A DNA stretch of 64,000 nucleotides, taken from the NCBI GenBank assembly GCA_038317055.1, contig JBBQBA010000001.1, positions 280,153-344,152 on the forward strand. Reading direction: 5' to 3'. Both the position numbers and the translations under genes were made by a program. The first letter of the stretch is position 1; each line of letters opens with the position of its first letter. A model generated the notes under the pieces. That model worked only from the letters and a program-made list of their open reading frames with translations, did no database searches and had not been told where the DNA came from. The stretch comes from Candidatus Saccharimonadales bacterium. Lineage in GTDB: Bacteria; Patescibacteriota; Saccharimonadia; Saccharimonadales; DATKHC01. This document shows positions 49,116 through 58,006 of the stretch, one piece after another.

Positions 49116-49545
49116 CGTAACGGTCCCTACCTTCACCGGTTGATTCAGTTTCAAGACCGGCTTCAGTTGCAACTTTGTGAACTACTCGCCTATCAGCGGA
49201 ATTCATTGGTCTTAAATTCATAGGTTCATTAGATTTCTTAACTGCTTCAACCCATTCATTGACAATCTCAGCTAGTCTATCGGCTTTAGCTTTCTTGTAA
49301 TCAGCAATATCTACGTTTACTCGGCTATACTCATGACCACCATTTCTTAGTGCACTACCGACCAGATATTGTAGGGCACGCATTGTTTCACCTTTTTGAC
49401 CTATTAAGAATCCATTTAAATGAGTAGATGGTACATTAAGCTCAATTACTTCCTCTTCCGAAGTTGCGTGAACATCTGTATTTAAACCAAAGAAAGACAA
49501 TATATCTTCAAGATATTTCTTGGCGAATTGAATAGATTCTTCCAC
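49090..49545 (-). CDS. jag: KH + R3H RNA-binding protein (Jag/KhpB, short form)
   Basis: LIGQKGETMRALQYL is KH-like, and MNSADRRVVHKVATEAGLETESTGEGRDRYVILKP is an R3H domain. The position downstream of yidC is canonical. Confidence 0.8.
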   Translation of the reverse strand: MEESIQFAKKYLEDILSFFGLNTDVHATSEEEVIELNVPSTHLNGFLIGQKGETMRALQYLVGSALRNGGHEYSRVNVDIADYKKAKADRLAEIVNEWVEAVKKSNEPMNLRPMNSADRRVVHKVATEAGLETESTGEGRDRYVILKPVQK

Positions 49546-50504
49546 TACTTTTTCCTCCTCTTATTCTTTGAGGATTTTTTTACTGGTTTTTTCTTGGGAG
49601 TACTTGTTGGTTTTTTAGTGATAACTTCGCTCTCAACAACTGTTCTTTTGGATTTTCCTTTTGAGGGTTTGTCTGCAATAACTTCCATTTCGGTTTCATC
49701 TTTTCGAAGTACATATCCCTGTTGCAAGAACGCTACCAGTCCTCCAACGAACCAGTAAAGACTTAGAGCTGATGCGATATTAACCGTAAATAAGAATATA
49801 AGTACCGGGATAAAGTACCTTGTACTCCTTCCGACTGCGGCATTAACTTCAGATTGATCAGCTTTATTACCACTGCCAGCTTCTTTGAGTATTTTCCTAA
49901 GACCTTTCTTTTCTTTTGCATCTGGTAGTAGTTGTTTACTGGAATAGTATTGAGTAATAGCACTTGCAATAACTATAACCATTGCAGGCCAATAAATACC
50001 GGCTTTACCGAGAGCTGCTTTGGATAAATCTACAATCCCCAGTAGCGTAGGGTCGAACAAGTGAATGTTTGCAGCTAGTTCTTTTATCCAACTGAGGTTA
50101 GCTATAAATGAATATGAGTTCTTGACTATAATTTCCGGATTACCGATTACTCCACGAAGCCCGGAATATAGACCAATCAAAACTACAAACTGAACCGCAA
50201 GCGTACCTAGTGAACCAAAGGGGCTAATCTCTTTTTCTTTATATAGTTCCATCAGCATTTTAGATTCGGCTTGCTTATTGCCCTTTGTTGCAGCTTTAAT
50301 CTTTTTGATCTCGGGTTGCAATGTTCGCATTGCCTTAGCTTGGTGAAGTTGCTTTTTAACCAGTGGCCACATTAATAGACGAACGACTACTGTAAAGATT
50401 ATTAAGGCTAACCCAAAGTTATGACCAGGTAGAATGGCATATATTAAAACCAGTAGGTTGAAAATTGGTTTAACTATTAATACTTGAAAAATGGACGCAA
50501 ACAT
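49545..50504 (-). CDS. yidC: membrane protein insertase YidC (Gram-positive short type, Lys-rich C-tail)
   Basis: GLALIIFTVVVRLLMWPL..KQ....M..LQPEIKKI...YKEKEISPFGS. The C-terminus KKPTSTPKKKPVKKSSKNKRRKK is a basic, ribosome-binding-type tail. Synteny with rnpA supports the call. Confidence 0.88.
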   Translation of the reverse strand: MFASIFQVLIVKPIFNLLVLIYAILPGHNFGLALIIFTVVVRLLMWPLVKKQLHQAKAMRTLQPEIKKIKAATKGNKQAESKMLMELYKEKEISPFGSLGTLAVQFVVLIGLYSGLRGVIGNPEIIVKNSYSFIANLSWIKELAANIHLFDPTLLGIVDLSKAALGKAGIYWPAMVIVIASAITQYYSSKQLLPDAKEKKGLRKILKEAGSGNKADQSEVNAAVGRSTRYFIPVLIFLFTVNIASALSLYWFVGGLVAFLQQGYVLRKDETEMEVIADKPSKGKSKRTVVESEVITKKPTSTPKKKPVKKSSKNKRRKK

Positions 50505-50550
50505 ACAGGCTCCTGTTAGATATTACAAATATAATATCACGGTATAACGC

Positions 50551-50907
50551 TTAAGATTTAGAAGTTATGACCCCAGCTTGAAAAAGTTGTGCCTTGATTA
50601 AGCGATTTAAGTCCTCAGGAGTTAAATCATTGATCTGATCGCTGAAGATAGTGAAAACCAAATCGTATGGCTCAAGTATTAGATTTTCGCTTAATCTTAC
50701 CTGCTCGTAAAGCCTTCTTCTAATTCGATTCCGAGCGACCGCAGAGCGGTTAACTTTTTTGTTTACTACTACTGATAGACGGTAAGATTTACGTCGTTTA
50801 TTTTGGATATATTTAAGTGAGCAAAGTGGCCCTCTAACGGTCTTTCCGTGTCGATATATATATCGAAGTGAACCATAACCATGGAAACGGTGTGTTCTTG
50901 TTATCAT
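50551..50907 (-). CDS. rnpA: ribonuclease P protein component
   Basis: 118 aa and basic, with ...RLSVVVNKKVNRSAVARNRIRRRLYE (the RNR motif). It sits between rpmH and yidC. Confidence 0.88.
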   Translation of the reverse strand: MITRTHRFHGYGSLRYIYRHGKTVRGPLCSLKYIQNKRRKSYRLSVVVNKKVNRSAVARNRIRRRLYEQVRLSENLILEPYDLVFTIFSDQINDLTPEDLNRLIKAQLFQAGVITSKS

Positions 50908-50924
50908 GTTCTTCTTATATTACT

Positions 50925-51062
50925 CTAGTGTGAAATTCGAGTACGTCCTTTAAGACGTCTATTCGCTAAAATAGTTCTTCCAGATTTCGAAGACATTCTC
51001 TTCATAAAACCGTGCACTCTGGCGCGGTGTCGCTTCTTTGGTTGGTATGTACGTTTAGGCAT
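50925..51062 (-). CDS. rpmH: 50S ribosomal protein L34
   Basis: Not in the ORF track because it is below the size cutoff. Hand translation gives [45 protein letters not shown], which matches the L34 consensus. It lies 17 nt upstream of rnpA. Confidence 0.9.
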   Translation of the reverse strand: MPKRTYQPKKRHRARVHGFMKRMSSKSGRTILANRRLKGRTRISH

Positions 51063-51155
51063 AAGTATTAATGGTATGTGGCTTCAGCTATATAAGTCAA
51101 GCTGCTTATTAAGCACACGTTAAATTGACAATATTTATTCACTTATCTTAACAGG

Positions 51156-51282
51156 TTATCCACGTTTACTCAAACCTTTTCCACTGTTTTTATAGATAGA
51201 GCTTTTAGCTGTGCACAATTTTGCATCTGTTTATGGTTTTTTATGATTTTCAGTTATGCGTAATAAACTTTGCTGTGGAAAA
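51156..51282. promoter_or_regulatory. DnaA-box cluster in rpmH-dnaA spacer (oriC part 1 / dnaA promoter region)
   Basis: TTATCCACG (51156-51164), TTTTCCACT (51177-51185) and TGTGGAAAA (51274-51282, equal to TTTTCCACA on the minus strand). Each has 1-2 mismatches to TTATCCACA. Confidence 0.6.
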
Positions 51283-51355
51283 GTGAGACTGTTCTGCGCT
51301 ATAGTAAATAGATACTAATAAAACTTTAGTTGGGGAATTGGGGATTTGAGAACTT

Positions 51356-52723
51356 ATGCAGGATAACCTGTGGCAAGCTGTGTTGGGCGAGATTGAGCTT
51401 AGTATTTCTCATGCTAGTTTTATAACTTGGTTTAAAAACACAAAACTATTAAGGCAAAAAGACCATGTATTAATTGTGGGTGTGCCAAATGTCTTTATAA
51501 AACAGCAGCTTGAACGGAAATATAACCAATTAATCGTAGACGTTCTGGCAAAAAATGGTGTTAAGCCAGAAAAAGTCGAATACAAGATACATTCTTTTAC
51601 CCCAAGTCTTGAAATAGATGAAAAGGACATGAACGAGCCAGTGTTAGTAATGAAAAACGAACCTGCCTATGCATCTCGTCAATCAAGTGAACTATCACAC
51701 ACCTACAGACAAGGTTTAAATGAACGTTATACTTTTGATAATTTTATTGTTGGTTCAGGAAATGAACTAGCTTATGCTGCATGTCAGTCAATTAGCCTAT
51801 TACCTGGTACAAAATATAATCCTTTGTTTGTTTATGGCGGCGTCGGTATTGGTAAGACTCATTTAATTCAAGCAGTTGGTAACAGTATTTTGAGTCAGCA
51901 ACCGGAAAAACGTGTAGTTTATATGTCTACCGAACAGTTTGTTCAAGAGTTTGTCGATGCGCTTAGGTTTAAGAAAACTAACGAGTTTGCTAAGTATTAT
52001 CGTAGTCCGGATGTACTGATAATTGATGATGTTCAATTTATCGCTGGCAAAGAAAAGATGCAAGAAGAGTTCTTTCATACCTTTAACGCGTTGCATCAAG
52101 CTAATAAACAAATAATCCTTAGTAGTGATAAACCCCCAAGAGACATACCTACATTAGAAGAACGACTTCGAAGCCGGTTTGCGTGGGGAATGACTATAGA
52201 CATGCAAACACCTGATTTTGAAACAAGATGTGCGATTATTCAAAGTAAAGCTCATGGCCATAACATAACTCTACCTAATGATGTTGTGGAGTATTTGGCA
52301 ACTCTAGTACAAACCAACATTCGAGAACTTGAAGGTGTACTAAATCAGTTACTAGCTTTCTGTGAAATGAGAAATATCGAGCCTAATTTAGTTGTAGCGA
52401 CAAACCTTCTTGGTAACAGTAAACTACGACCAAAACATATAAGTGCAAAACAGGTCATAGATAAGACCGCTAAGCACTTCCAGATATCGCTTGAAGATAT
52501 ATTAGGACCAAAGAGAGACAAAGACATAGTTGTGCCTAGACAAGTTGCTATGTACATCCTCAGAAGCGACCTACACCTTAGTTTTCCAAAAATTGCCCAC
52601 GAGCTAGGCCGAAAAGATCACACCACCGCTATTCACTCCGTCGAAAAGATTGAAAAAGAGTTGAGCTATGACAGTTCTATTAAGGCAGCAGTAACGGAAA
52701 TTAAGGAGCATTTATATGCATAA
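51356..52723 (+). CDS. dnaA: chromosomal replication initiator protein DnaA
   Basis: 455 aa. YTFDNFIVGSGNELAYAA, Walker A GGVGIGKTHL, LIIDDVQF and the C-terminal HTH ...VAMYILRSDLHLSFPKIAHELGRKDHTTAIHS. Confidence 0.95.
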   Translation: MQDNLWQAVLGEIELSISHASFITWFKNTKLLRQKDHVLIVGVPNVFIKQQLERKYNQLIVDVLAKNGVKPEKVEYKIHSFTPSLEIDEKDMNEPVLVMKNEPAYASRQSSELSHTYRQGLNERYTFDNFIVGSGNELAYAACQSISLLPGTKYNPLFVYGGVGIGKTHLIQAVGNSILSQQPEKRVVYMSTEQFVQEFVDALRFKKTNEFAKYYRSPDVLIIDDVQFIAGKEKMQEEFFHTFNALHQANKQIILSSDKPPRDIPTLEERLRSRFAWGMTIDMQTPDFETRCAIIQSKAHGHNITLPNDVVEYLATLVQTNIRELEGVLNQLLAFCEMRNIEPNLVVATNLLGNSKLRPKHISAKQVIDKTAKHFQISLEDILGPKRDKDIVVPRQVAMYILRSDLHLSFPKIAHELGRKDHTTAIHSVEKIEKELSYDSSIKAAVTEIKEHLYA

Positions 52724-52864
52724 TGTTAGTGCTTTTGCTGTGTTTAACATGTGGTTTGTTAGTGGGTTAACTTTCTTCGTTTACATGGCAGTTTGTGTAT
52801 ATCTTTATGTGAGGTGTATAAATCAGCAAGTTGTACAAGCCATGAGCACAATTAAAGCCCATGC

Positions 52865-52974
52865 TTTCCCACACGTAAATTACTTAATTAACAGATTATT
52901 TCATGGACTTACCCACATTACCCACAGGACCTATAAGAACAATGACTATTTATATAACTATATTATTATTAACT
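52865..52974. promoter_or_regulatory. DnaA boxes plus AT-rich tract in dnaA-dnaN spacer (oriC part 2 / candidate DUE)
   Basis: TTTCCCACA (52865-52873). Two directly abutting TTACCCACA boxes follow (52909-52917 and 52918-52926), then an AT-rich run at ~52932-52974 (ctataagaacaatgactatttatataactatattattattaac). Confidence 0.6.
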
Positions 52975-52987
52975 CGGCGGAGGTCTT

Positions 52988-54082
52988 ATGAAATTACAAG
53001 TAACTCAGGAAAATCTAAACAAAGCACTAAACAGTGTGGCCCGAATTGCTAGTGGTCGTTCTACCCTTCCAATCCTATCCAATGTTTTATTCAAAACAGT
53101 TAACAATCGGCTCAGCGTTGCGGCTACGAATCTAGATATTGCTGTCACTCACTACATTGGCGCCAAAGTAGCAACCGAAGGATCGATTACTATTCCAGCC
53201 AGACTTATTCAGGACTTTGTAAATAACCTACCCAATGATGTAATTGAACTTGAGCTAGAAGACAAGAAACTTCACATCAATTCAAAAATGTACAAATCAG
53301 TCATAAATGGCATTAGTGCTGACGAATTTCCGGTTATGCCAGCAATCGACAAGGGCGAAAGCTGGAAAATAGACGCCCAGAATCTTAAGCAAGCACTCCA
53401 ACAAGTAGTAGTTGCCGCATCTAGCGATGATTCCCGACCGGTTTTAACGGGGGTATATTTTAACTCACATGAAGGTCAACTATACGCTGTTGCAACCGAT
53501 AGTTATCGTCTTGCTGAAAGACAACTTATCGCTACAAAAAAGGAAATCAACCTACTAATTCCGGCTACAGCTATACAAGATCTACTTAGATTAATTGCTG
53601 ACTTTAACGGCGAAGTTGTAATAACCTATGACGATCAACAAGTACTTTTTAAGGTTGGCGATGTTGAGTTAGTAGCTAGATTAATTGAAGGTAAATACCC
53701 TGACTACAGGCAACTAATTCCCAGTAAGTTTTCAACTACTATTAGCTTACCGAAAAGTGAGCTTACTAACATCACGAAAGTATCAGCACTGTTCGCAAGA
53801 GAAAGTGCTGGAAGTATAACAATTAATGTTAACGAAGCTTCACAAGATATTAGTATCCATTCAGTTGCATCTCAGCTAGGTGAGAACACCGCAACTGCAA
53901 AAGCTAAGGTATCAGGTGAAGGAATGGTTACTATGAACTCTAGGTACTTACTTGAAGCTCTACATGCACTTGTTGGTGATGACGTAGCATGTAGTTTCAA
54001 CGGAAAGCTTGAGCCGATTGTAATTAATAACACCCAAAAGTCTTCAAACTATCTTCATATAATAATGCCGCTTAAAAGTTAA
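52988..54082 (+). CDS. dnaN: DNA polymerase III beta sliding clamp
   Basis: MKLQVTQENLNKALNSVARIASGRSTLPILSNVLF..., ...TDSYRLAE... and IEGKYPDY. Size is 364 aa. A GGAGG SD lies 4 nt upstream. Confidence 0.93.
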   Translation: MKLQVTQENLNKALNSVARIASGRSTLPILSNVLFKTVNNRLSVAATNLDIAVTHYIGAKVATEGSITIPARLIQDFVNNLPNDVIELELEDKKLHINSKMYKSVINGISADEFPVMPAIDKGESWKIDAQNLKQALQQVVVAASSDDSRPVLTGVYFNSHEGQLYAVATDSYRLAERQLIATKKEINLLIPATAIQDLLRLIADFNGEVVITYDDQQVLFKVGDVELVARLIEGKYPDYRQLIPSKFSTTISLPKSELTNITKVSALFARESAGSITINVNEASQDISIHSVASQLGENTATAKAKVSGEGMVTMNSRYLLEALHALVGDDVACSFNGKLEPIVINNTQKSSNYLHIIMPLKS

Positions 54083-54117
54083 TCTTTCGGAGATGACGAA
54101 AGTGGTAATCTTTTAAT

Positions 54118-55182
54118 ATGATTACTGACATTCATTTACAAAATTTTCGCTCTTATATTGATGAGTCATTTGAGTTGTCACCTAACGTAAATATCATAGT
54201 TGGCCCTAACGCCAGTGGAAAAACTAACTTACTTGAAGCTTTGCTGGTATCTGCCAGAGGCAGTTCATTTCGAGCAAAAGATAACGAACTAATTAACAAC
54301 ACAAAAGACTGGGCTAGGGTTGAGACGAATACCGAAAATACAAATAGAGTTATAAAGATAGAGAAAATAGAAGATGAAAAAACATCTAAAACATTTGTTA
54401 TAAACACAAAAAACTCTAAAAGACTCAACCTTTCTCAAACTATCCCGGTAGTACTTTTTGAGCCAGATCACCTTAGGCTACTAACTGGCTCACCCGAATT
54501 TAGGCGTAGTTATCTTGATGATATTCTTGATCAAACGGTGGCTGGTTATAAAACACTAAAAGCTCAATATCGCAGAGCTCTCGCACAGAGAAACTATCTG
54601 CTAAAAAGAAGTGAATTAAAAAATCCAGAATTATTCGTTTGGAATATTCGGCTATCGGAGCTTGGCGGCAAGATGTTTAAGGAAAGAAATAGCTTAATCG
54701 AAATCTTAAACACAGATATTAGTAAACTATATGATTCTCTCTCCGGCGGAAAAGAAACTCTAACATTGTTATATAAGACAAAAGTAAACATAAAGAATTA
54801 TGAGACTGATTTACTAAGAAAATTAGAAGATGTAATCGAATCCGATCGCCAACGCGGATTTACTTCTCATGGACCACACAGGGATGATTTACAGATACTT
54901 ATTAACGAAAAACTAGCAGGCGACATTGCATCTAGGGGAGAAACCAGAACAATACTTCTAGCTCTTAAAATGATTGAAACCCAAGTTATAGAGCGGGCTC
55001 GACAACAAAAACCGCTTCTACTTTTTGACGATGTTTTCAGTGAGCTAGATGGTGCTAGGCGTTTAGCTCTGACAAATATCTTAAATAGTTATCAAACGAT
55101 AATAACTACCACGGATGCTGATATTGTAATGCATCATTTTATGGAAACCGCTAATATTATTCCCACCCAAAGAAATAGCTAA
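54118..55182 (+). CDS. recF: DNA replication and repair protein RecF
   Basis: L.NFRSY, Walker A GPNASGKTNLLEAL, the SMC-type signature region and Walker B LLLFDDVFSELD. Size is 354 aa. Confidence 0.9.
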   Translation: MITDIHLQNFRSYIDESFELSPNVNIIVGPNASGKTNLLEALLVSARGSSFRAKDNELINNTKDWARVETNTENTNRVIKIEKIEDEKTSKTFVINTKNSKRLNLSQTIPVVLFEPDHLRLLTGSPEFRRSYLDDILDQTVAGYKTLKAQYRRALAQRNYLLKRSELKNPELFVWNIRLSELGGKMFKERNSLIEILNTDISKLYDSLSGGKETLTLLYKTKVNIKNYETDLLRKLEDVIESDRQRGFTSHGPHRDDLQILINEKLAGDIASRGETRTILLALKMIETQVIERARQQKPLLLFDDVFSELDGARRLALTNILNSYQTIITTTDADIVMHHFMETANIIPTQRNS

Positions 55183-55187
55183 ATGGT

Positions 55188-55796
55188 TTAAGGCTGACCT
55201 ATAACATATTGTATGTCTAGTTTAGATGTGTCATAACCCTGGCTCTTCATCCATGCTTGTGCCTCTTGCTGACCACTAGAATCTGGAGCGGTAATGTAAA
55301 TGATGGGTTTATTAGCGTTTGCACCCGCCGGGGTGCCATAGTCTATACGATAAGCGAAGTCCGGACCGGTGAAAGGAAGTATTTTTATTATTGGTGCATT
55401 TTCAGATGACTGCTGATATAGAACGTCGTTATTATATCCAGAAATTCCTTCGGCTATGCTTTCGTCACCCGGGTGCGCAGAATACCAGTTACTAGTACTC
55501 GCAGAGTTTGAAGACAATGCCAAACCTACCTGGATACTATCCCCCTTCTTAACTGTTACGGTTTTTGAGCTTAATGCAAAACCGTTCATTGTTCCGATAA
55601 CAGTATATGTGCCTGGCTTAACCCTGATTGTGCCGGGCGAGACTACTTTGTTGTTTATTGTCAGTCTTGCCACAGAAGGTGCAATTACTAACTTAACTTT
55701 CACTGATAAAGACCTGGAATGGAGTACAAAAACTAACATAAAAATTAAAATAAATATCAAGCTAACTATGATATATATTTTTTTCTTGTTATCCAT
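55188..55796 (-). CDS. membrane-anchored protein with PEGA-like beta domain
   Basis: 202 aa with an N-terminal TM (IYIIVSLIFILIFMLVFVL). The segment LTINNKVVSPGTIRVKPGTYTVIGTMNGFALSSKTVTVKKGDSIQV resembles a PEGA domain. It is the last gene of the T4SS-like operon. Confidence 0.45.
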   Translation of the reverse strand: MDNKKKIYIIVSLIFILIFMLVFVLHSRSLSVKVKLVIAPSVARLTINNKVVSPGTIRVKPGTYTVIGTMNGFALSSKTVTVKKGDSIQVGLALSSNSASTSNWYSAHPGDESIAEGISGYNNDVLYQQSSENAPIIKILPFTGPDFAYRIDYGTPAGANANKPIIYITAPDSSGQQEAQAWMKSQGYDTSKLDIQYVIGQP

Positions 55797-58006
55797 TATT
55801 TCAACCTCGCTATTAAATATGAACCTCTATTATCTGATAACTGAGTTCCTCCAAGATTGGCTGTTCGATCTCCCAGGGATGCGCTGGCAGCATTATAGCC
55901 TCCGGCTTGCGGTCCAACATATATGAAAGTGTGGCCAGCACCACCAGCACCATTTCCGATATTAATGGTGCCGTTTGCACTCTGAGTAGTTCCCTCATTA
56001 AGAATCAATATATCGCCTGGCTGAAGTTGAGCAGTACTGGTGGCTGGATAAATAACTAAATATTTCTCAGGGTGTGCAATTACGTACTTAGCCTGTGTTA
56101 CGGTTGATACTACGGGGTAATTTGGGTCTGCACCACTTGCACGCATAACCGTAGCTATAAAGACACCGCAGTCATCACCTGTTCCGCTGGTTGCCTTAAA
56201 CTCACTATTGTTAAATAACTGAAGGGCAGCTACATATGCAGCATTTGGTGTTGTGGCAGTCGTTCTACCCTCCGAGGGTTTTCTGTTCGCGAAAGGTTCG
56301 GGCCATGAAAGATTTAGTGCTGTTTGGACAATACTACCACCACCACTATTTAGGCCACCACAACTACTTGTAGTCGAAATTGGTGCTAACAATTTCGTAA
56401 ACACCGACTGAAGTAATTGTTCTCCTGCAGCCTGACTAGCACTACCGAACGAAACCATCGCTACACCTAGTTCTTGCCCCGTTCCGCCACTATTTGGTAC
56501 AACTAAAGCGCCTTGATTTAGTATCCAATTATTACTTGGTGGTTCTTGCTTCCAGCCAGCCTTGCTGTATACGGTAGCAGGAAGGTTAGCTGACAAAATA
56601 CCCCATCTATCAGCAGCTGATATTCCGGTTAATAGACTTTGCGCATAAGCAATTTGCGTCGAAGGTATTAATTTATTTATCTGACCGAATAACTTAGCCT
56701 GATCATTTGCAGTAACTTTACTCTCGCCAAGTACGTATAACGGATCAGAAGTATCGAGTGTAAAGTGCGACATTCCAGCATCGTTTGCAACTTTTTGAAC
56801 TGCTGTAGCTTCTACCTGTGCAAAGGTTGCATTTGCTGCTGCATTATCACTGTTTTCTATCATTGCTGTGAGTTGGGTGTTCTCTGCACCAGTTGGAGGC
56901 TGAGCACCCGCTTGTCTTAAATAAGCAACAAGAAGCATAGCTTTGGTAATTGACGCACCAGACTCTTGCATATCACCTTGGTAACTGGCAATTATATTTC
57001 CGTTGCTATCAGCTGCAGCAAAACCAACTTGCACACCTGATATTGCCGTCGCCGCGGCTTGGGCTCCGGCTAAATCTACTGATGACGTACTTGGCGCGGT
57101 GGTTGAGCTTGCTCCCAATCCACCTCCGGACGGACAACCACAAGTATTGTTGGTTTGTGTGGGGCTAGCTGTAGCCTGAGTAGCACCAGCTCCCGACGTA
57201 CCAGTAGTTAGGTTTATTAACGAGCTTATCCAGCCCTGTAAGTTTGCAACATATGAAGCTGTATTATTTTCAGAAGGAGGAGCATAGGCTTCCATGAAAG
57301 ATAACAAGTTATTACTGTCTATTAGGCTTCCAAACCTTTGACGAATATAAGTTGCCATATCGCCACCTCCAGCAGCGTTTATATTTTCTGGTGCAGTATA
57401 ATCAACACTAGCTTTTACCGATGTCCATTTATACCAGGCTCTAGATCCTTGAAAACTTGGTTGACCTGGACCAGCTGAACGACCAAACGAGTTATTACCT
57501 GTTGATACATTAAAATCGCTTGGGCTAGATAACGATGATTCTTCATGGGCAATCGATACAATCAGAAACGGATTAATATTAGAGTTTTTTGCGCTGGCAA
57601 CAATCGTTGACCCGAGACCTGCAAGTTCGCTTTTAGGATTTTGCTGGGTAATCCAAGTATTGATTGCATTTGCCATAGCTGTCGGGTCTAGATTAGGAAA
57701 AGAAGAACCATTAGGATCACCAGTTCCAGGAGTTAGCGGGGCGGTACTTGCCTGTGTCGCACTACTATCACATGCTGCTGACGGATCATAAAATGGTGTT
57801 TTAGTAATTATAGAATTAATATCATTTCCCGTGTTAATATAACTACTCGTTCCCACAGGTACATTAGTGGAATTAAGCGCACTACTCGGAAGAGCATATA
57901 CACTTACTGCGTCTGTGGGCAGAACTAGGAATATACATAAAACTAAAACCGTTCTAGAAAAAATTACTTTAAACTTATTGTGTAACAGCTGCATTTGATA
58001 TTCCAT
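55796..58006 (-). CDS. secreted multi-domain cell-wall hydrolase: lysozyme-like region + class-A beta-lactamase/DD-peptidase-like domain + NlpC/P60-CHAP-like papain-fold domain
   Basis: 736 aa with a signal/anchor. IVSIAHEESSL is a candidate glycosidase Glu. SITK (SxxK), ENSDNAA (SDN) and YSKAGW (K[TA]G) are present. The C-terminal DDCGVFIATVM ... GHTFIYVG forms a Cys/His pair. The position after ConG-like and VirB4 equals the CwlT/Orf14 slot. Confidence 0.65.
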   Translation of the reverse strand: MEYQMQLLHNKFKVIFSRTVLVLCIFLVLPTDAVSVYALPSSALNSTNVPVGTSSYINTGNDINSIITKTPFYDPSAACDSSATQASTAPLTPGTGDPNGSSFPNLDPTAMANAINTWITQQNPKSELAGLGSTIVASAKNSNINPFLIVSIAHEESSLSSPSDFNVSTGNNSFGRSAGPGQPSFQGSRAWYKWTSVKASVDYTAPENINAAGGGDMATYIRQRFGSLIDSNNLLSFMEAYAPPSENNTASYVANLQGWISSLINLTTGTSGAGATQATASPTQTNNTCGCPSGGGLGASSTTAPSTSSVDLAGAQAAATAISGVQVGFAAADSNGNIIASYQGDMQESGASITKAMLLVAYLRQAGAQPPTGAENTQLTAMIENSDNAAANATFAQVEATAVQKVANDAGMSHFTLDTSDPLYVLGESKVTANDQAKLFGQINKLIPSTQIAYAQSLLTGISAADRWGILSANLPATVYSKAGWKQEPPSNNWILNQGALVVPNSGGTGQELGVAMVSFGSASQAAGEQLLQSVFTKLLAPISTTSSCGGLNSGGGSIVQTALNLSWPEPFANRKPSEGRTTATTPNAAYVAALQLFNNSEFKATSGTGDDCGVFIATVMRASGADPNYPVVSTVTQAKYVIAHPEKYLVIYPATSTAQLQPGDILILNEGTTQSANGTINIGNGAGGAGHTFIYVGPQAGGYNAASASLGDRTANLGGTQLSDNRGSYLIARLK

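Noticed and set aside
52716-52991. 91-aa ORF filling the dnaA-dnaN spacer
   Set aside because: It has no SD and an odd composition rich in Cys/Phe/Tyr/His/Val. It overlaps the dnaA stop and the dnaN start, and the DNA is better explained as DnaA boxes plus an AT-rich tract (origin region).
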